This document shows positions 26,274 through 35,803 of a DNA stretch of 60,429 nt, one piece after another. The translations under genes were made by a program, and so were the position numbers. How positions within the stretch are numbered: position 1 is the first letter of the stretch; every line of letters begins with the position of its first letter. A model generated the notes under the pieces. It searched no databases. It saw only the letters and a list, made by a program, of their open reading frames with translations, and was not told the DNA's origin. Origin of the DNA: a virus (lineage: Duplodnaviria > Caudoviricetes); the IMG/VR virus record IMGVR_UViG_3300045996_001806, positions 1 to 60,429 of that record. One strand, 5' to 3'.

Positions 26274-27397
26274 TGGGGCAGTACCCCTACGGTCAGCAGG
26301 TCACGCTCTTTACCACGTTCCTCGACGAGAACGGATCACCGACTGATCCCACGACCGTCACCTTCAGAGTCGAGCGGCCGGACAACCTGATCGTCTCTTA
26401 CGACTTCGGCACGGACCCGGAGATCACGAATCCGAGCACGGGCTACTACGAACTCGCCTACGACCCGCCGAGCGCTGGCCACTACGACTACGAGATCGTC
26501 GGCGCGGGCGCGCTCGAGGCGATCTTCCCAGGCTCCTTCGACGTCACGCCATCCGCACTTGCCGCAGCGCCGATCCCGACGCACGGCCCCTGCGAGCCGT
26601 GGATCGACGATCAGGACGTCGCCGAGTGCTGCGGGGCCGACGTCGGCAGCGATACGTGGCTCTTCCACGCCTCCGCGATCTCATCGTCGAATCTCCTCTG
26701 GCGGCTCTCAGGACGCCAGTATTCGGGCATCTGCCAGCGCACCGTGCGGCCGTGCAATGACCGCGAGTGCGGCTTCCAGACGCTGCCGAGTGGCTACGTC
26801 ATCGACCACAACGCGCTCTGGCTCGGGCGCACGTGGTCGCCGGGGGTGTGCGGATGCGATCCGGTCTCGAAGATCGAACTCGCGAACTACCCCGTCATCG
26901 ACATCGTGGAGGTCAAGATCGCGGGCGTGGCGATCGACCCAAGCGAGTACGAGCTCCGGCGCCACCAGTACCTCATCCGCAAGCGCGACGCCGACGGCAA
27001 CCAGCAGTTCTGGCCCTCCTGTCAGATCCAGGACCTCGACGACACCGAGGAGGGCACCTTCTCGATCCGCTACCTGCACGGGATCAACCCGCCGCAGGAG
27101 GGGATCGACGCTGCCCGTCAGCTCGCGTGCGAGATCTACAAGTCGTGCCCGAACGCCGAGGCGCAGGCAGCAGCGGCGAACTGCGCTTTGCCGAAGAATG
27201 CGACCCGCGTGACCAAGCAGGGGATCACGATCGAGCTCGGCGCTCTGCGCTTCACCAAGAGCGAGGGCTGGAAGACCGGCATGAACCTCGTGGACGCCTT
27301 CCTCAACTCGGTGAACCCCTACGGCAAGCAGCGGCGCCCGGCGATCTGGTCGCCTGACGAACACCTGCCGGAGCCTGTCGCGTCGGTGGGTACCTAG
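26273..27397 (+). CDS. Head-to-tail adaptor with extra N-terminal Ig-like domain
   Basis: GPCEPW, LWRLSGRQY, LACE, CALP...TRVTKQG, TG...VD.F...NP. Confidence 0.8.
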   Translation: MGQYPYGQQVTLFTTFLDENGSPTDPTTVTFRVERPDNLIVSYDFGTDPEITNPSTGYYELAYDPPSAGHYDYEIVGAGALEAIFPGSFDVTPSALAAAPIPTHGPCEPWIDDQDVAECCGADVGSDTWLFHASAISSSNLLWRLSGRQYSGICQRTVRPCNDRECGFQTLPSGYVIDHNALWLGRTWSPGVCGCDPVSKIELANYPVIDIVEVKIAGVAIDPSEYELRRHQYLIRKRDADGNQQFWPSCQIQDLDDTEEGTFSIRYLHGINPPQEGIDAARQLACEIYKSCPNAEAQAAAANCALPKNATRVTKQGITIELGALRFTKSEGWKTGMNLVDAFLNSVNPYGKQRRPAIWSPDEHLPEPVASVGT

Positions 27398-27922
27398 ATG
27401 TCCACGACGACACTTCAGAGCCTGACCGCCTACGCCGACGAGTTGGAGGCAGCCGCTGCGTCCGCGCTCGCGGACACCATCGGGGGGGCGATCGACCACT
27501 CGGGCCTCGTCGCCGGCTCTCCTTCGTTCGAGTGCGAGCGCCTCTCCGTCGAGGTGCGCACCCTCGGCGATGCCGCGCTGTCGTCTCTCTCGCCGCTCGG
27601 CGCCGGAAGCCGCCACATCGGCGGAGCCGTCGATCTCATCGGCTTCCGGATCACCGTGGTCCGCGACTGCGTGGCGACGATCGGCGAGAACGGCGAGTTT
27701 CCGACGATCGCCGAGGAGCGCGCCGACGCCATCCGGGTGCACGAGGACGTGTGGGCGATCTGGACACGCATCCGCACGCTCATCAACCGCGGCGAGATCT
27801 TCGGTGGGCGCTGCAAGAAGCTGTTTTTCGATGGAGCTCGGGCGCTGCCGATCGAGGGCGGTACCGCTGGCTGGGAGATCGACTTCCGCGTGAACATCCC
27901 GGGCTTCGCAAATGCCAGTTAG
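27398..27922 (+). CDS. Tail terminator-like protein
   Basis: Position; C..L.V, VVRDC, P.EGG..GW. Confidence 0.65.
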   Translation: MSTTTLQSLTAYADELEAAAASALADTIGGAIDHSGLVAGSPSFECERLSVEVRTLGDAALSSLSPLGAGSRHIGGAVDLIGFRITVVRDCVATIGENGEFPTIAEERADAIRVHEDVWAIWTRIRTLINRGEIFGGRCKKLFFDGARALPIEGGTAGWEIDFRVNIPGFANAS

Positions 27923-28289
27923 CGTCGCGCCATCCAGCTTCAGGATCGAGCAGGGCGGGTTCGATCGTGTCTTCAGAAGCCGAGGCGGCCCCGTCGGTGT
28001 CGACATTCAGGCACGAGCGCTGCGGGTGACTCGGCAGATGCAACAGAACGCCTCCGGTAGGCCAGGACCCCAGCAGCGGACGGGCAACCTCCACAGCGCA
28101 ATCGCGTTCCTGCGCTTCGGTGTCGACGGCACGGGGGTCTTTGCTCACGTCGGCCTGAACAACCACCGCATGATCCGCCGTGGCTACAACTACGCGCTCA
28201 TCCTCGAGGGCTTCTTCCCGCGCGGCGGAGCACCTCCCGACGGGCACTACCCGTTCATCGCGCGGTCGCTCGAGGCGGCGAAGAACTAG
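27912..28289 (+). CDS. HK97 gp10-like tail completion protein
   Basis: RTGNL.S.I, YA...E, PF..RSL. Confidence 0.7.
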   Translation: MPVSVAPSSFRIEQGGFDRVFRSRGGPVGVDIQARALRVTRQMQQNASGRPGPQQRTGNLHSAIAFLRFGVDGTGVFAHVGLNNHRMIRRGYNYALILEGFFPRGGAPPDGHYPFIARSLEAAKN

Positions 28290-28293
28290 CCGG

Positions 28294-28316
28294 ACTGCCG
28301 ACGACCGTCGTATTCT
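28294..28316 (+). promoter_or_regulatory. Putative late promoter
   Basis: ACTGCC-N11-TATTCT. Confidence 0.55.
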
Positions 28317-28342
28317 CCGGCCACCTACCGGAAGGAGTTGCA

Positions 28343-28798
28343 GTGAGCAAGAACTTCGACGAGGAGGTGCGCGCGGAACGCTTGACGCGCGACAACACCT
28401 TCGTCATCGGGGGCGAGGAGTTCGCATTCAGGCTGGACTTCACCCCCGAGCAATTCTCGGAGCTCACCGCGGACTACGCGGCGATGCAGATCGAGACGAT
28501 GAAGCCGGGCGAGGCGACGACGATCGTGGACGAGACGATCAAGGGCTTCCTGTACGACGACGAGAATCGCGAGCGTTGGGATGCTCTGCGCGCTCGAGCT
28601 GGCGGCGAAGAGGGCGTCGAGAACGCTGAAGACCTCGCCGTCACCGCCTACGACATGAGGCAGGTCATCCTCTTCCTCATCCAGGAGCAGACCGGCCGCC
28701 CTACGGAAGCGCCCTCCCGATCTGGGAACGGGCGCGAAAGCACTGGCCTGAGATCGACGGCGCCCTCCTCCTCGCAAGTGGTGGCCTCGGGGGGCTAG
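28343..28798 (+). CDS. Tail assembly chaperone (G)
   Basis: SD AAGGAG, upstream of tape measure, TGRPT then low-complexity tail. Confidence 0.8.
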   Translation: MSKNFDEEVRAERLTRDNTFVIGGEEFAFRLDFTPEQFSELTADYAAMQIETMKPGEATTIVDETIKGFLYDDENRERWDALRARAGGEEGVENAEDLAVTAYDMRQVILFLIQEQTGRPTEAPSRSGNGRESTGLRSTAPSSSQVVASGG

Positions 28799-29022
28799 GG
28801 AAGTTGTCGATCCCGGAGATCGTGAACGTGACGGAGGCGTACTTCCGCGAGCACGCTTCGCCTGAACGTGTCGCAGAGCTCGAGAGGGTGCTCGCTTCTA
28901 CGACGCCTCCCTCGACCTTCACGCCGCCGACCCCGAAGCGCCGGGAGCATCGTGGTAAGACTGTCGCCAACACCAATGCCCGCAACATCGCCATGTTGCG
29001 CGGCATGGTTCCGAAGGGCTAG
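28699..29022 (+). CDS. Tail assembly chaperone -1 frameshift extension (GT)
   Basis: -1 frame open 28630-29022 and protein-like from PYGSALPIWERARKHWPEIDG; shift probably at CGC CCT A. Confidence 0.7.
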   Translation, partial: PYGSALPIWERARKHWPEIDGALLLASGGLGGLGKLSIPEIVNVTEAYFREHASPERVAELERVLASTTPPSTFTPPTPKRREHRGKTVANTNARNIAMLRGMVPKG

Positions 29023-29025
29023 CGC

Positions 29026-31995
29026 GTGGCGGATCCGATCGCTGAAGCGTTCGTCGCGATCCGACCGGATCTCAGTCAGTTCGAAGGCGATCTGCAGAGA
29101 GGGATCACCCGCGCCCTCCGCGGCGTCACCATCCCGTCATCTGCGCAGCAGAACCTCGGCACCCAACTCTTCGGGCCGGGGTTCTTCTCGCAGGTGTCGA
29201 CCAGGACGACGCAGGCGGTCAGCGGCACGAAGATCCCGACGACGACACAAGCTGGACTCGCCCAGGCTCTCTTCGGCCCGGGCTTCCGCAACGAGACCGG
29301 CCGAGCGATTCAGGGCGCCCTGGTCGGTCTCGGAGGCGGGCAACTCGCCGCCCGCTTCGCCTTCTTCGGCGCCGGCGGAGCCGCGATCGCCGCGATCGCT
29401 AGCGGGTTCGTCGCTTCGGCGCAGGCCGCCGGCACATTCGAGCAGTCGCTCAATGTGCTGCAGGCGACGGCGGATGCGACCGACGAGCAACTCGAGCAGA
29501 TGGCGGAACTGGCCCGTGATCTGGGCGCGGATCTGACCCTCCCGGCCGTTACGGCACAGAACGCCGCCGATGCGATGACCGAGCTCGCTCGAGCCGGGCT
29601 CGACGTGAACGAGGTCATGGGCGCCGCTCGCGGGACCTTGCAGCTAGCGACGGCGGCGAACACGGATGTGGCGACCGCGGCGCGGATCGTGGCAACGTCG
29701 CTCAACGCTTTCAACCTCGCCGGCGAAGAGGCCACCAGGGTCGCCGACCTCCTGGCGGCGGCTTCGATCAATGCCTCGGGCGATATGCAGGACTTCGCAC
29801 TGGCAATCCAGCAGTCGGCGGCGGTCGCCGATCTCGCGGGCCTCACGATCGACCAGCTCGTCGGTGCGCTGACCCTGCTGGCAAACCGCGGCCTCATCGG
29901 ATCGGACGCAGGCACCTCGCTCCGCACGGCACTCCTGCGGCTCATACCGACGACTCGCGAGGCGGCGCAGTTCATGGAGGTCCTCGGGATCCAGATCGAC
30001 CGCACCCGCACGGTTGGGCAGCAGTTGCCGGACCTGCTCGATCAGTACCAGGCCTCTCTCGCCCGGCTCAACCCGACGCTCCGCCAGGCCGTGCTCGCGC
30101 AGATCGCCGGCCAAGACGCGGTGCGATCGCTCTCCTTCCTCATCGAGGGAGGCGGCGACGAGCTCGAGCGCTACATCGAACTGACGAGCCAGGGTGGAGA
30201 AGCCCAGCGGCTCACCGAGGCACGTACCGAGGGCTTCCTCGGAGCACTCCAAGGGCTGAACTCGCAGTTGCAGACGCTCTCCACCAATGTCGGCGGCCTC
30301 TTCATTCCCGTGCTGACGGAGGTGACGAGGGTCGTCACGGGACTCATCGCGCCGATCAACGAACTCTTCGAGGCGCTACGCAAGCTCGACGACCTCGACA
30401 TCAGCGTCGACATCGACTTCCCCGATCCTCCGGACTGGCTGGACGCGCCGTTCTTCGACGTCGATGACGTCATTCCGAGCGATCTCGCGGCTCTCCTCCG
30501 AGACAGGCTCAACCCGATTCCCATCTCGATCCGGGCGACTGTGACCGCAGCGCGCGAGCTACGCGGCGCGCTCGAGGACCTCGGCTTCGTGGACGCTGCG
30601 AATGAGGCTGAGGACTTGGCCGAACGCGCCGAGCGTCTGAACGAGGAACTCTTCGCAGCCGGCACAACTCGCGCTCGGCGCATCCAGATTCAGACCGAAC
30701 TGCGAGTGATCGCGCGCGAGCTCGATGATCTGAGCGCGACCGCAAAGCGGAGCGCCGATACCACCGCTGATGTGTTTACGACCGCCTTCGGACCACTCGC
30801 GGACGCTCTTCGGCCCCCGCTTCAGCAACTTGAGTCGCAACTCCAGGCTGCCGTCGATCCGAACGTTCTCGGCCGTCAGCTTCAGCGCGCGCTCGCTCTT
30901 CTCCAGCGTGGCGACATCTCCGACCAGGCCCGCGAAGCGGCCCGTGGTCTCGTCTCGAGCCTGATCGAGGAACTAGCCAGCCTCGGCCCGGAAGGCGAGC
31001 GTGTTCTCACGTCCCTCGGGGGCCGCCTGATGCAGGCGCTCGGAGATGGCATCACGGCAGAGGAGCAGGTGGCGATCAACGCTGCGCGGCGCGCTCTGGG
31101 GCAGGTCATACAGGAGGGCGAGCGACAGGTTCTGGAGGCCATCCGCTCGGCGCGCGGGAACCTCGAGTCTCTCGGCGAAGGCCTCGGCGACGACCTCGGC
31201 GAGATCATCGAGATCGGACCGATCGGCCAGGCCATCGACCGCATCGAGGAGGAACTCGACCGGCTGCAGGAGACCGTCACGCGCCGCCAGCTTCGTTTCG
31301 ACTTCCGCGAGGCGAAGAGGGACCTGCGTGACGCGAAGGAAGCGATCATCCAGGTCGGCGAGCTCACCCCGGCCCAGAAGCGCGCGCAGCAGGAGTTCCT
31401 CGAGCCGTTCCAGGAGAAGGTCAAGGATGCCAAGTCGTCTCTCCGGGAGTTCGACCTCACCGAGCAGCAGGAGCAACTCGAGGCGACCCGTGACGCTGCC
31501 ATCGACGCGGCCGACAAGGGCATACAGCGCCTGATCCTCAAGTTCGAGGAGGGCAAGCTGTCAGCCGGCGAGTTCGAGACCGCGCTTCGGCGCGAACTCG
31601 GGCCGGCCTTCGACATTCTCGGCTCGAAGGCGGCCTCGGCCCTGGATCCCTTCGTCGTCATCAACTTCCGGCGCGAGGTCGACGCGCTCATCGAGCAGGC
31701 CAAGGCGCTCTCGGCCTTCTTCCCGCTCGGAGGGAGCACGACGCCGGGCGCCACCGTCGTCAAGCCTGCTGAGACCCAGGCGCAGGTGAACCAGCGCATC
31801 GCCGAGTCGGCCGCGTCGCTCGCCCGGATCGAGGCCGACGCGAAGCGCCTTTCGGCGGAGGAGCAGGACAAGCAGCAAGCGGTGATCGGGATCCTGAAGC
31901 AGATCGCGAGGGCGCTCGGCGTCGGTGGCCCAGCCGGCGGTGGCAAGGCCTCCACGGTGCCGAGCAAGACCCCCACGATCCGAGGGGGTGACTGA
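29026..31995 (+). CDS. Tape measure protein (TP901-family core)
   Basis: IAEAFV.IRPD, A.AM.ELARAG, GSDAGTSLRT, long helical protein. Confidence 0.92.
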   Translation: MADPIAEAFVAIRPDLSQFEGDLQRGITRALRGVTIPSSAQQNLGTQLFGPGFFSQVSTRTTQAVSGTKIPTTTQAGLAQALFGPGFRNETGRAIQGALVGLGGGQLAARFAFFGAGGAAIAAIASGFVASAQAAGTFEQSLNVLQATADATDEQLEQMAELARDLGADLTLPAVTAQNAADAMTELARAGLDVNEVMGAARGTLQLATAANTDVATAARIVATSLNAFNLAGEEATRVADLLAAASINASGDMQDFALAIQQSAAVADLAGLTIDQLVGALTLLANRGLIGSDAGTSLRTALLRLIPTTREAAQFMEVLGIQIDRTRTVGQQLPDLLDQYQASLARLNPTLRQAVLAQIAGQDAVRSLSFLIEGGGDELERYIELTSQGGEAQRLTEARTEGFLGALQGLNSQLQTLSTNVGGLFIPVLTEVTRVVTGLIAPINELFEALRKLDDLDISVDIDFPDPPDWLDAPFFDVDDVIPSDLAALLRDRLNPIPISIRATVTAARELRGALEDLGFVDAANEAEDLAERAERLNEELFAAGTTRARRIQIQTELRVIARELDDLSATAKRSADTTADVFTTAFGPLADALRPPLQQLESQLQAAVDPNVLGRQLQRALALLQRGDISDQAREAARGLVSSLIEELASLGPEGERVLTSLGGRLMQALGDGITAEEQVAINAARRALGQVIQEGERQVLEAIRSARGNLESLGEGLGDDLGEIIEIGPIGQAIDRIEEELDRLQETVTRRQLRFDFREAKRDLRDAKEAIIQVGELTPAQKRAQQEFLEPFQEKVKDAKSSLREFDLTEQQEQLEATRDAAIDAADKGIQRLILKFEEGKLSAGEFETALRRELGPAFDILGSKAASALDPFVVINFRREVDALIEQAKALSAFFPLGGSTTPGATVVKPAETQAQVNQRIAESAASLARIEADAKRLSAEEQDKQQAVIGILKQIARALGVGGPAGGGKASTVPSKTPTIRGGD

Positions 31996-32831
31996 TGCCT
32001 CTTCTGCAGTGGGACACGACGATGACCATCATCTCGCCCTACGCGACGCTCTCGCTAAACACGGACATCGGTGGGGGCAGGAAGTACCTCGTCAACCATC
32101 GCAAGTCGGTTGGCCGCCGCCTCGTTCGTGCGCATACCGACAACGTTCCGCAAGGCGACGGCGAGATCTTCCACGAGCGCTATGCGACCGGGTACGAGAT
32201 GCAGGTCTGCGTGCGGTTCATGGACGGCGAGAACCCCGCGTGCGACGCGGCGCTGTGCGAGATGCGCGATGACCTCTACGGAGTCCTCTGGTCGCTGCTT
32301 CGACCTCCCGACGACGGCGGCCGGATCACGTGGGACTCGTGGTGCGGATCTGACCGGATGCTCGACGCCGTGCGACTTCTGTCCATCGCGGATCCCGAGG
32401 AAGACGCTGAGGAGGGTGCGACGGAGATCACGTTCGTGCTCGACTCGCCGTTTCCGTATGCGATCTCGGCGGCCGAGACTGTCGTCGGCCTGTCAGGGTC
32501 GGCGACACTTCCGAACAACGGGAACGTCGAGTTCTACCCCGTGTTCAAGGTCAACGGGCCGTCTGGGGCATGGTCGATCGAGAACAACGCGACCGGCGAG
32601 CTCTACCTCTACGACGGGTCGCGTCCGGGCGCTCAGGCCATTCCGGGAGGCAGCTACGCCGAGATCGACATGTTCCGCGGAGGTCTCATCTACCTGAACG
32701 GCGACCAGAACAATCTGAAGCCTGGAGTCGACGTCGAGGCCTCCGACATCCTGACCGTGGCGGCCGGCGGCACGAGCTACACGATCAACGGCGCCAGCGC
32801 CACGGTCCTGATGCACGACGCATGGGCCTAG
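31995..32831 (+). CDS. Distal tail protein (Dit-like)
   Basis: Follows tape measure; P..DG, P.P, NNGNV..YP...VNGP. Confidence 0.75.
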   Translation: MPLLQWDTTMTIISPYATLSLNTDIGGGRKYLVNHRKSVGRRLVRAHTDNVPQGDGEIFHERYATGYEMQVCVRFMDGENPACDAALCEMRDDLYGVLWSLLRPPDDGGRITWDSWCGSDRMLDAVRLLSIADPEEDAEEGATEITFVLDSPFPYAISAAETVVGLSGSATLPNNGNVEFYPVFKVNGPSGAWSIENNATGELYLYDGSRPGAQAIPGGSYAEIDMFRGGLIYLNGDQNNLKPGVDVEASDILTVAAGGTSYTINGASATVLMHDAWA

Positions 32832-32843
32832 AGAGGAGTCGAG

Positions 32844-32993
32844 ATGTCCCGAGGAGCAGTCCAGCCCGCAGTCGTGACGTTGAAGAAGCCGCTGCGCACG
32901 CAGCCGCAGCCAGTGATCCGCACAAGCGTCGTTCAGCGAGCGGCGATCACCCGGTACACGAGGCTCACGACCACGCCGAGTCCAGTCCGATGA
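32844..32993 (+). CDS. Small basic peptide (49 aa)
   Basis: SD GAGAGGAG; Arg/Thr/Pro rich with no acidic residues. Confidence 0.5.
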   Translation: MSRGAVQPAVVTLKKPLRTQPQPVIRTSVVQRAAITRYTRLTTTPSPVR

Positions 32994-33016
32994 GCACCCA
33001 CTAGGAGGAGAGACCG

Positions 33017-33505
33017 ATGTCGGATGTGCAGAGCAACATCAGCTTGGGCCGCGAGGTCGAGCTCTACAACCGGGTCGACAGCAGCGATCCCACCAACGCG
33101 GCGTTCATCATGCTGATCCTCGCGCTGTCCGGGATCGTCAGCGATTCGGCACTCAAGGAGTACGACACCGTTTCGGACCTGCTCGCCGGGGCGACGAACG
33201 AGGTGGCGAACTCCGGCTACGCGCGGAAGACGCTCACGGACGCCAATCTCAGCGCGTATGTGGTCGATGACGTCAACGATCGCATCGTCCTGACGCTCCC
33301 GCTGCAGACGTTCGCGACGATCGGCGTCGGCGACGTGTGGGGAAAGGTCTGCGTGGCCTACGACCCAGACACGACTGTGGGCACCGACACGACGCTCGTG
33401 CCGATCAGCTATCACGACTGCCTCGACGATGACGGGGAGAACATCATCCCCAACGGCCTCGACATCGACGTCGACCTCTCGAGCGCATGGATCATCGCCA
33501 CGTAG
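33017..33505 (+). CDS. Virion structural protein
   Basis: NEV.NSGYARKTL motif resembling 23457 protein. Confidence 0.75.
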   Translation: MSDVQSNISLGREVELYNRVDSSDPTNAAFIMLILALSGIVSDSALKEYDTVSDLLAGATNEVANSGYARKTLTDANLSAYVVDDVNDRIVLTLPLQTFATIGVGDVWGKVCVAYDPDTTVGTDTTLVPISYHDCLDDDGENIIPNGLDIDVDLSSAWIIAT

Positions 33506-33508
33506 GTC

Positions 33509-34741
33509 ATGCCGCGCTTCTACAAGCCCCCGAACTGGCGGTTCGTCGTAACCGATCTCGACTCGATCGCGGTGACATTCCTCGATCGCATCGCGGCCAA
33601 CCGGGTCATCGAGTACGACCTCAATACGCCGACCTCGATCGCGGGCGTCGTTCCCTCCACTACGCCGGAAGTGAACATCGCCCATACAGACGGCGACCCG
33701 TTCCTTGCGGAGGGAAACAGGCTCCTCTACGCCTTTCGCCGTGAGGGGCCTGTCGGCCAGCCGTGGGTGATCCGCGCCGCTGGAACGATCCTCGATGTCG
33801 ATGATCGCGGCGCCGAGCTCTTCTCGAGTACGACGTTCGGGGCGCTCGACCCCTGGGGCTATCTCTACTCCCGCCAGTGCGTCGATAACCAGGGCGAGTT
33901 GCCCGGCGAGCTCGGTCTCCAGTTCTTCGCCACCGAGGTCGGGGAGATCGCGTTGCAGTTGCTCAAGAACACGATCGCCGCGGCAGGGTCTGTTCGCCTG
34001 GACGCAGGGACCGCGTGGGGGGGCACGCTGAGCTATGACGGGTTCATCGCGACCACGCCGGCGATCGACTACAACGTCCAGCGCGGCAAGACGGTCGGAG
34101 AGGTCTGGGAGGATCTGTGTGCCACGGGCTTGCTCGATCTCGAGATCGTTCCGATCTACGACATCGACGAGCGGCCCGGCTACCTCGGCGAGCTCAACGT
34201 CTACTCGCAGCCACCCGACACAGGACAGCCGCGCGGCGTAGCGCGACCCACTGCGATCTTCGCCTGGGACAAACCGCCCAGGACGCTCGCTGGGATAGGT
34301 CGTCAGATCCGCGGCAACGAGCGCGCCAACTGGATCCAGTTCTACACGCGCTACGGCCAACTCGCCGCTGGTCTACTCGAAGACACGGCTTCGATCACGA
34401 AGTACGGCCAGCAGGAGTACGTGCAGTTCTTCCCGGACCAGATCGAGAAGGATCGCGTCGAGTCATGGGCCTCCTCGCAACTCGCGATTCGCAAGCGCGG
34501 TCTGCGCTCGGTATCTCCGCTGCCCTCGCAGCAGCAGCCGCCGCTTCTCTGGGATGAGTTCTTCGTTGGCGATCTCGTGCCCGTGTATGCGTCCAATCGC
34601 ATCCGCGAGGGGATCCCCGACTTCGATCAGCCCGACGTGTACCAGCGGGTCTACGGGATCACGATCAGCCTCGAGAACGCCGACGCGCTCGAGGTGATCT
34701 CCGACATTCGCGTGTCACAGGATGGAGCGCTGAGCGAGTGA
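33509..34741 (+). CDS. Minor tail / baseplate hub protein
   Basis: Position; S..KYG..E, F.VGD.V, RVYGI. Confidence 0.75.
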   Translation: MPRFYKPPNWRFVVTDLDSIAVTFLDRIAANRVIEYDLNTPTSIAGVVPSTTPEVNIAHTDGDPFLAEGNRLLYAFRREGPVGQPWVIRAAGTILDVDDRGAELFSSTTFGALDPWGYLYSRQCVDNQGELPGELGLQFFATEVGEIALQLLKNTIAAAGSVRLDAGTAWGGTLSYDGFIATTPAIDYNVQRGKTVGEVWEDLCATGLLDLEIVPIYDIDERPGYLGELNVYSQPPDTGQPRGVARPTAIFAWDKPPRTLAGIGRQIRGNERANWIQFYTRYGQLAAGLLEDTASITKYGQQEYVQFFPDQIEKDRVESWASSQLAIRKRGLRSVSPLPSQQQPPLLWDEFFVGDLVPVYASNRIREGIPDFDQPDVYQRVYGITISLENADALEVISDIRVSQDGALSE

Positions 34742-35799
34742 CCGCACGGCGCCGCCGACCCGAGCGCGTCTTTATGAAGAGCGCGGAGGCGATGTCGCAG
34801 GCGGATGACTTCCACCAGCGGATCCGCGCCCTCGAGGCCCTAGGCGGCGGCAATGCCGTCTACGCGATCGAGGTGTTCGAGGTCGATCGGGCGGTCGTGG
34901 CCGGAGACGAGGCCTTCGAGTGGGCCATCCCGGAGCATCTGGACGGCGCCGAGTTGGTCGCGATCGAGGCCTATGTCAACGACCCCTCGAGTTCGGGGTC
35001 GGTCCAGGTGCAGATCCACAACGAGACGCAGGGCCTCGACATGCTCTCGACCAAGGTGTCGATCGACGTAGGCGAGCTCGACTCCGCCAACGCGACCGTG
35101 CCTGTCGTCATCAACACCGCGAACTCTGTCGTCGCTCACAAAGACCACCTCCGCGTAGACGTCGATTCAGCGGGCGTTGGGGCGACTGGGCTCGGCCTCA
35201 TCCTCACCTTCCTGCCGTCGGTGAGTCTCAGGCTGCTCGTGCAAGGTGCGCAAGGGCCTGCGGGCGGAGTGACGACCTGGACGGGCGGCTGGCAAGGCGG
35301 GACGACCTACAACGAGGGCGACGCGGTATCGAACAACGGCTCCAGCTACGTCTCCATCGTCAACCACATCTCCGGTGCGACGAGCGAGCCGGGGGTCGGC
35401 GCCAACTGGGAGGACTTCTGGCAGCTCCTCAGCGAGCACCAGACGAACTCCGCCGTGACTCTCGTCATCAACGGGAACGGACTCGTCATCGACGTCGGGG
35501 TCAAGGGTCACATCGAGGTCCCGTTCACGTGCGAGATATGGGAGGTCGTTCTTCTCGCGGACCAGATCGGCTCCGTGGTCGTCGACGTCTGGAAGGAAAC
35601 GTATGCGAACTACCCGCCGATCAACGGCGACTCCATCACCGGGAGCTCGCCGCCGACTATCTCGAGCGCCCAGAAGTCCGTCGATTCCGTCCTAGCCGGA
35701 TGGACGACCACCATCAACGCCGGCGACATTCTCGCGTTCCACGTCGACTCCTGTTCGCTCATCACGCGACTCACGGTTGCTTTGAAAGTCAGGAGGTAG
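34738..35799 (+). CDS. Minor tail protein with carbohydrate-binding-like module
   Basis: RIRALE coiled coil, W...TTYN.GD.V...GSSY (CBM5/12-like), two related beta domains. Confidence 0.75.
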   Translation: MTARRRRPERVFMKSAEAMSQADDFHQRIRALEALGGGNAVYAIEVFEVDRAVVAGDEAFEWAIPEHLDGAELVAIEAYVNDPSSSGSVQVQIHNETQGLDMLSTKVSIDVGELDSANATVPVVINTANSVVAHKDHLRVDVDSAGVGATGLGLILTFLPSVSLRLLVQGAQGPAGGVTTWTGGWQGGTTYNEGDAVSNNGSSYVSIVNHISGATSEPGVGANWEDFWQLLSEHQTNSAVTLVINGNGLVIDVGVKGHIEVPFTCEIWEVVLLADQIGSVVVDVWKETYANYPPINGDSITGSSPPTISSAQKSVDSVLAGWTTTINAGDILAFHVDSCSLITRLTVALKVRR

Positions 35800-35803
35800 G
35801 GAG

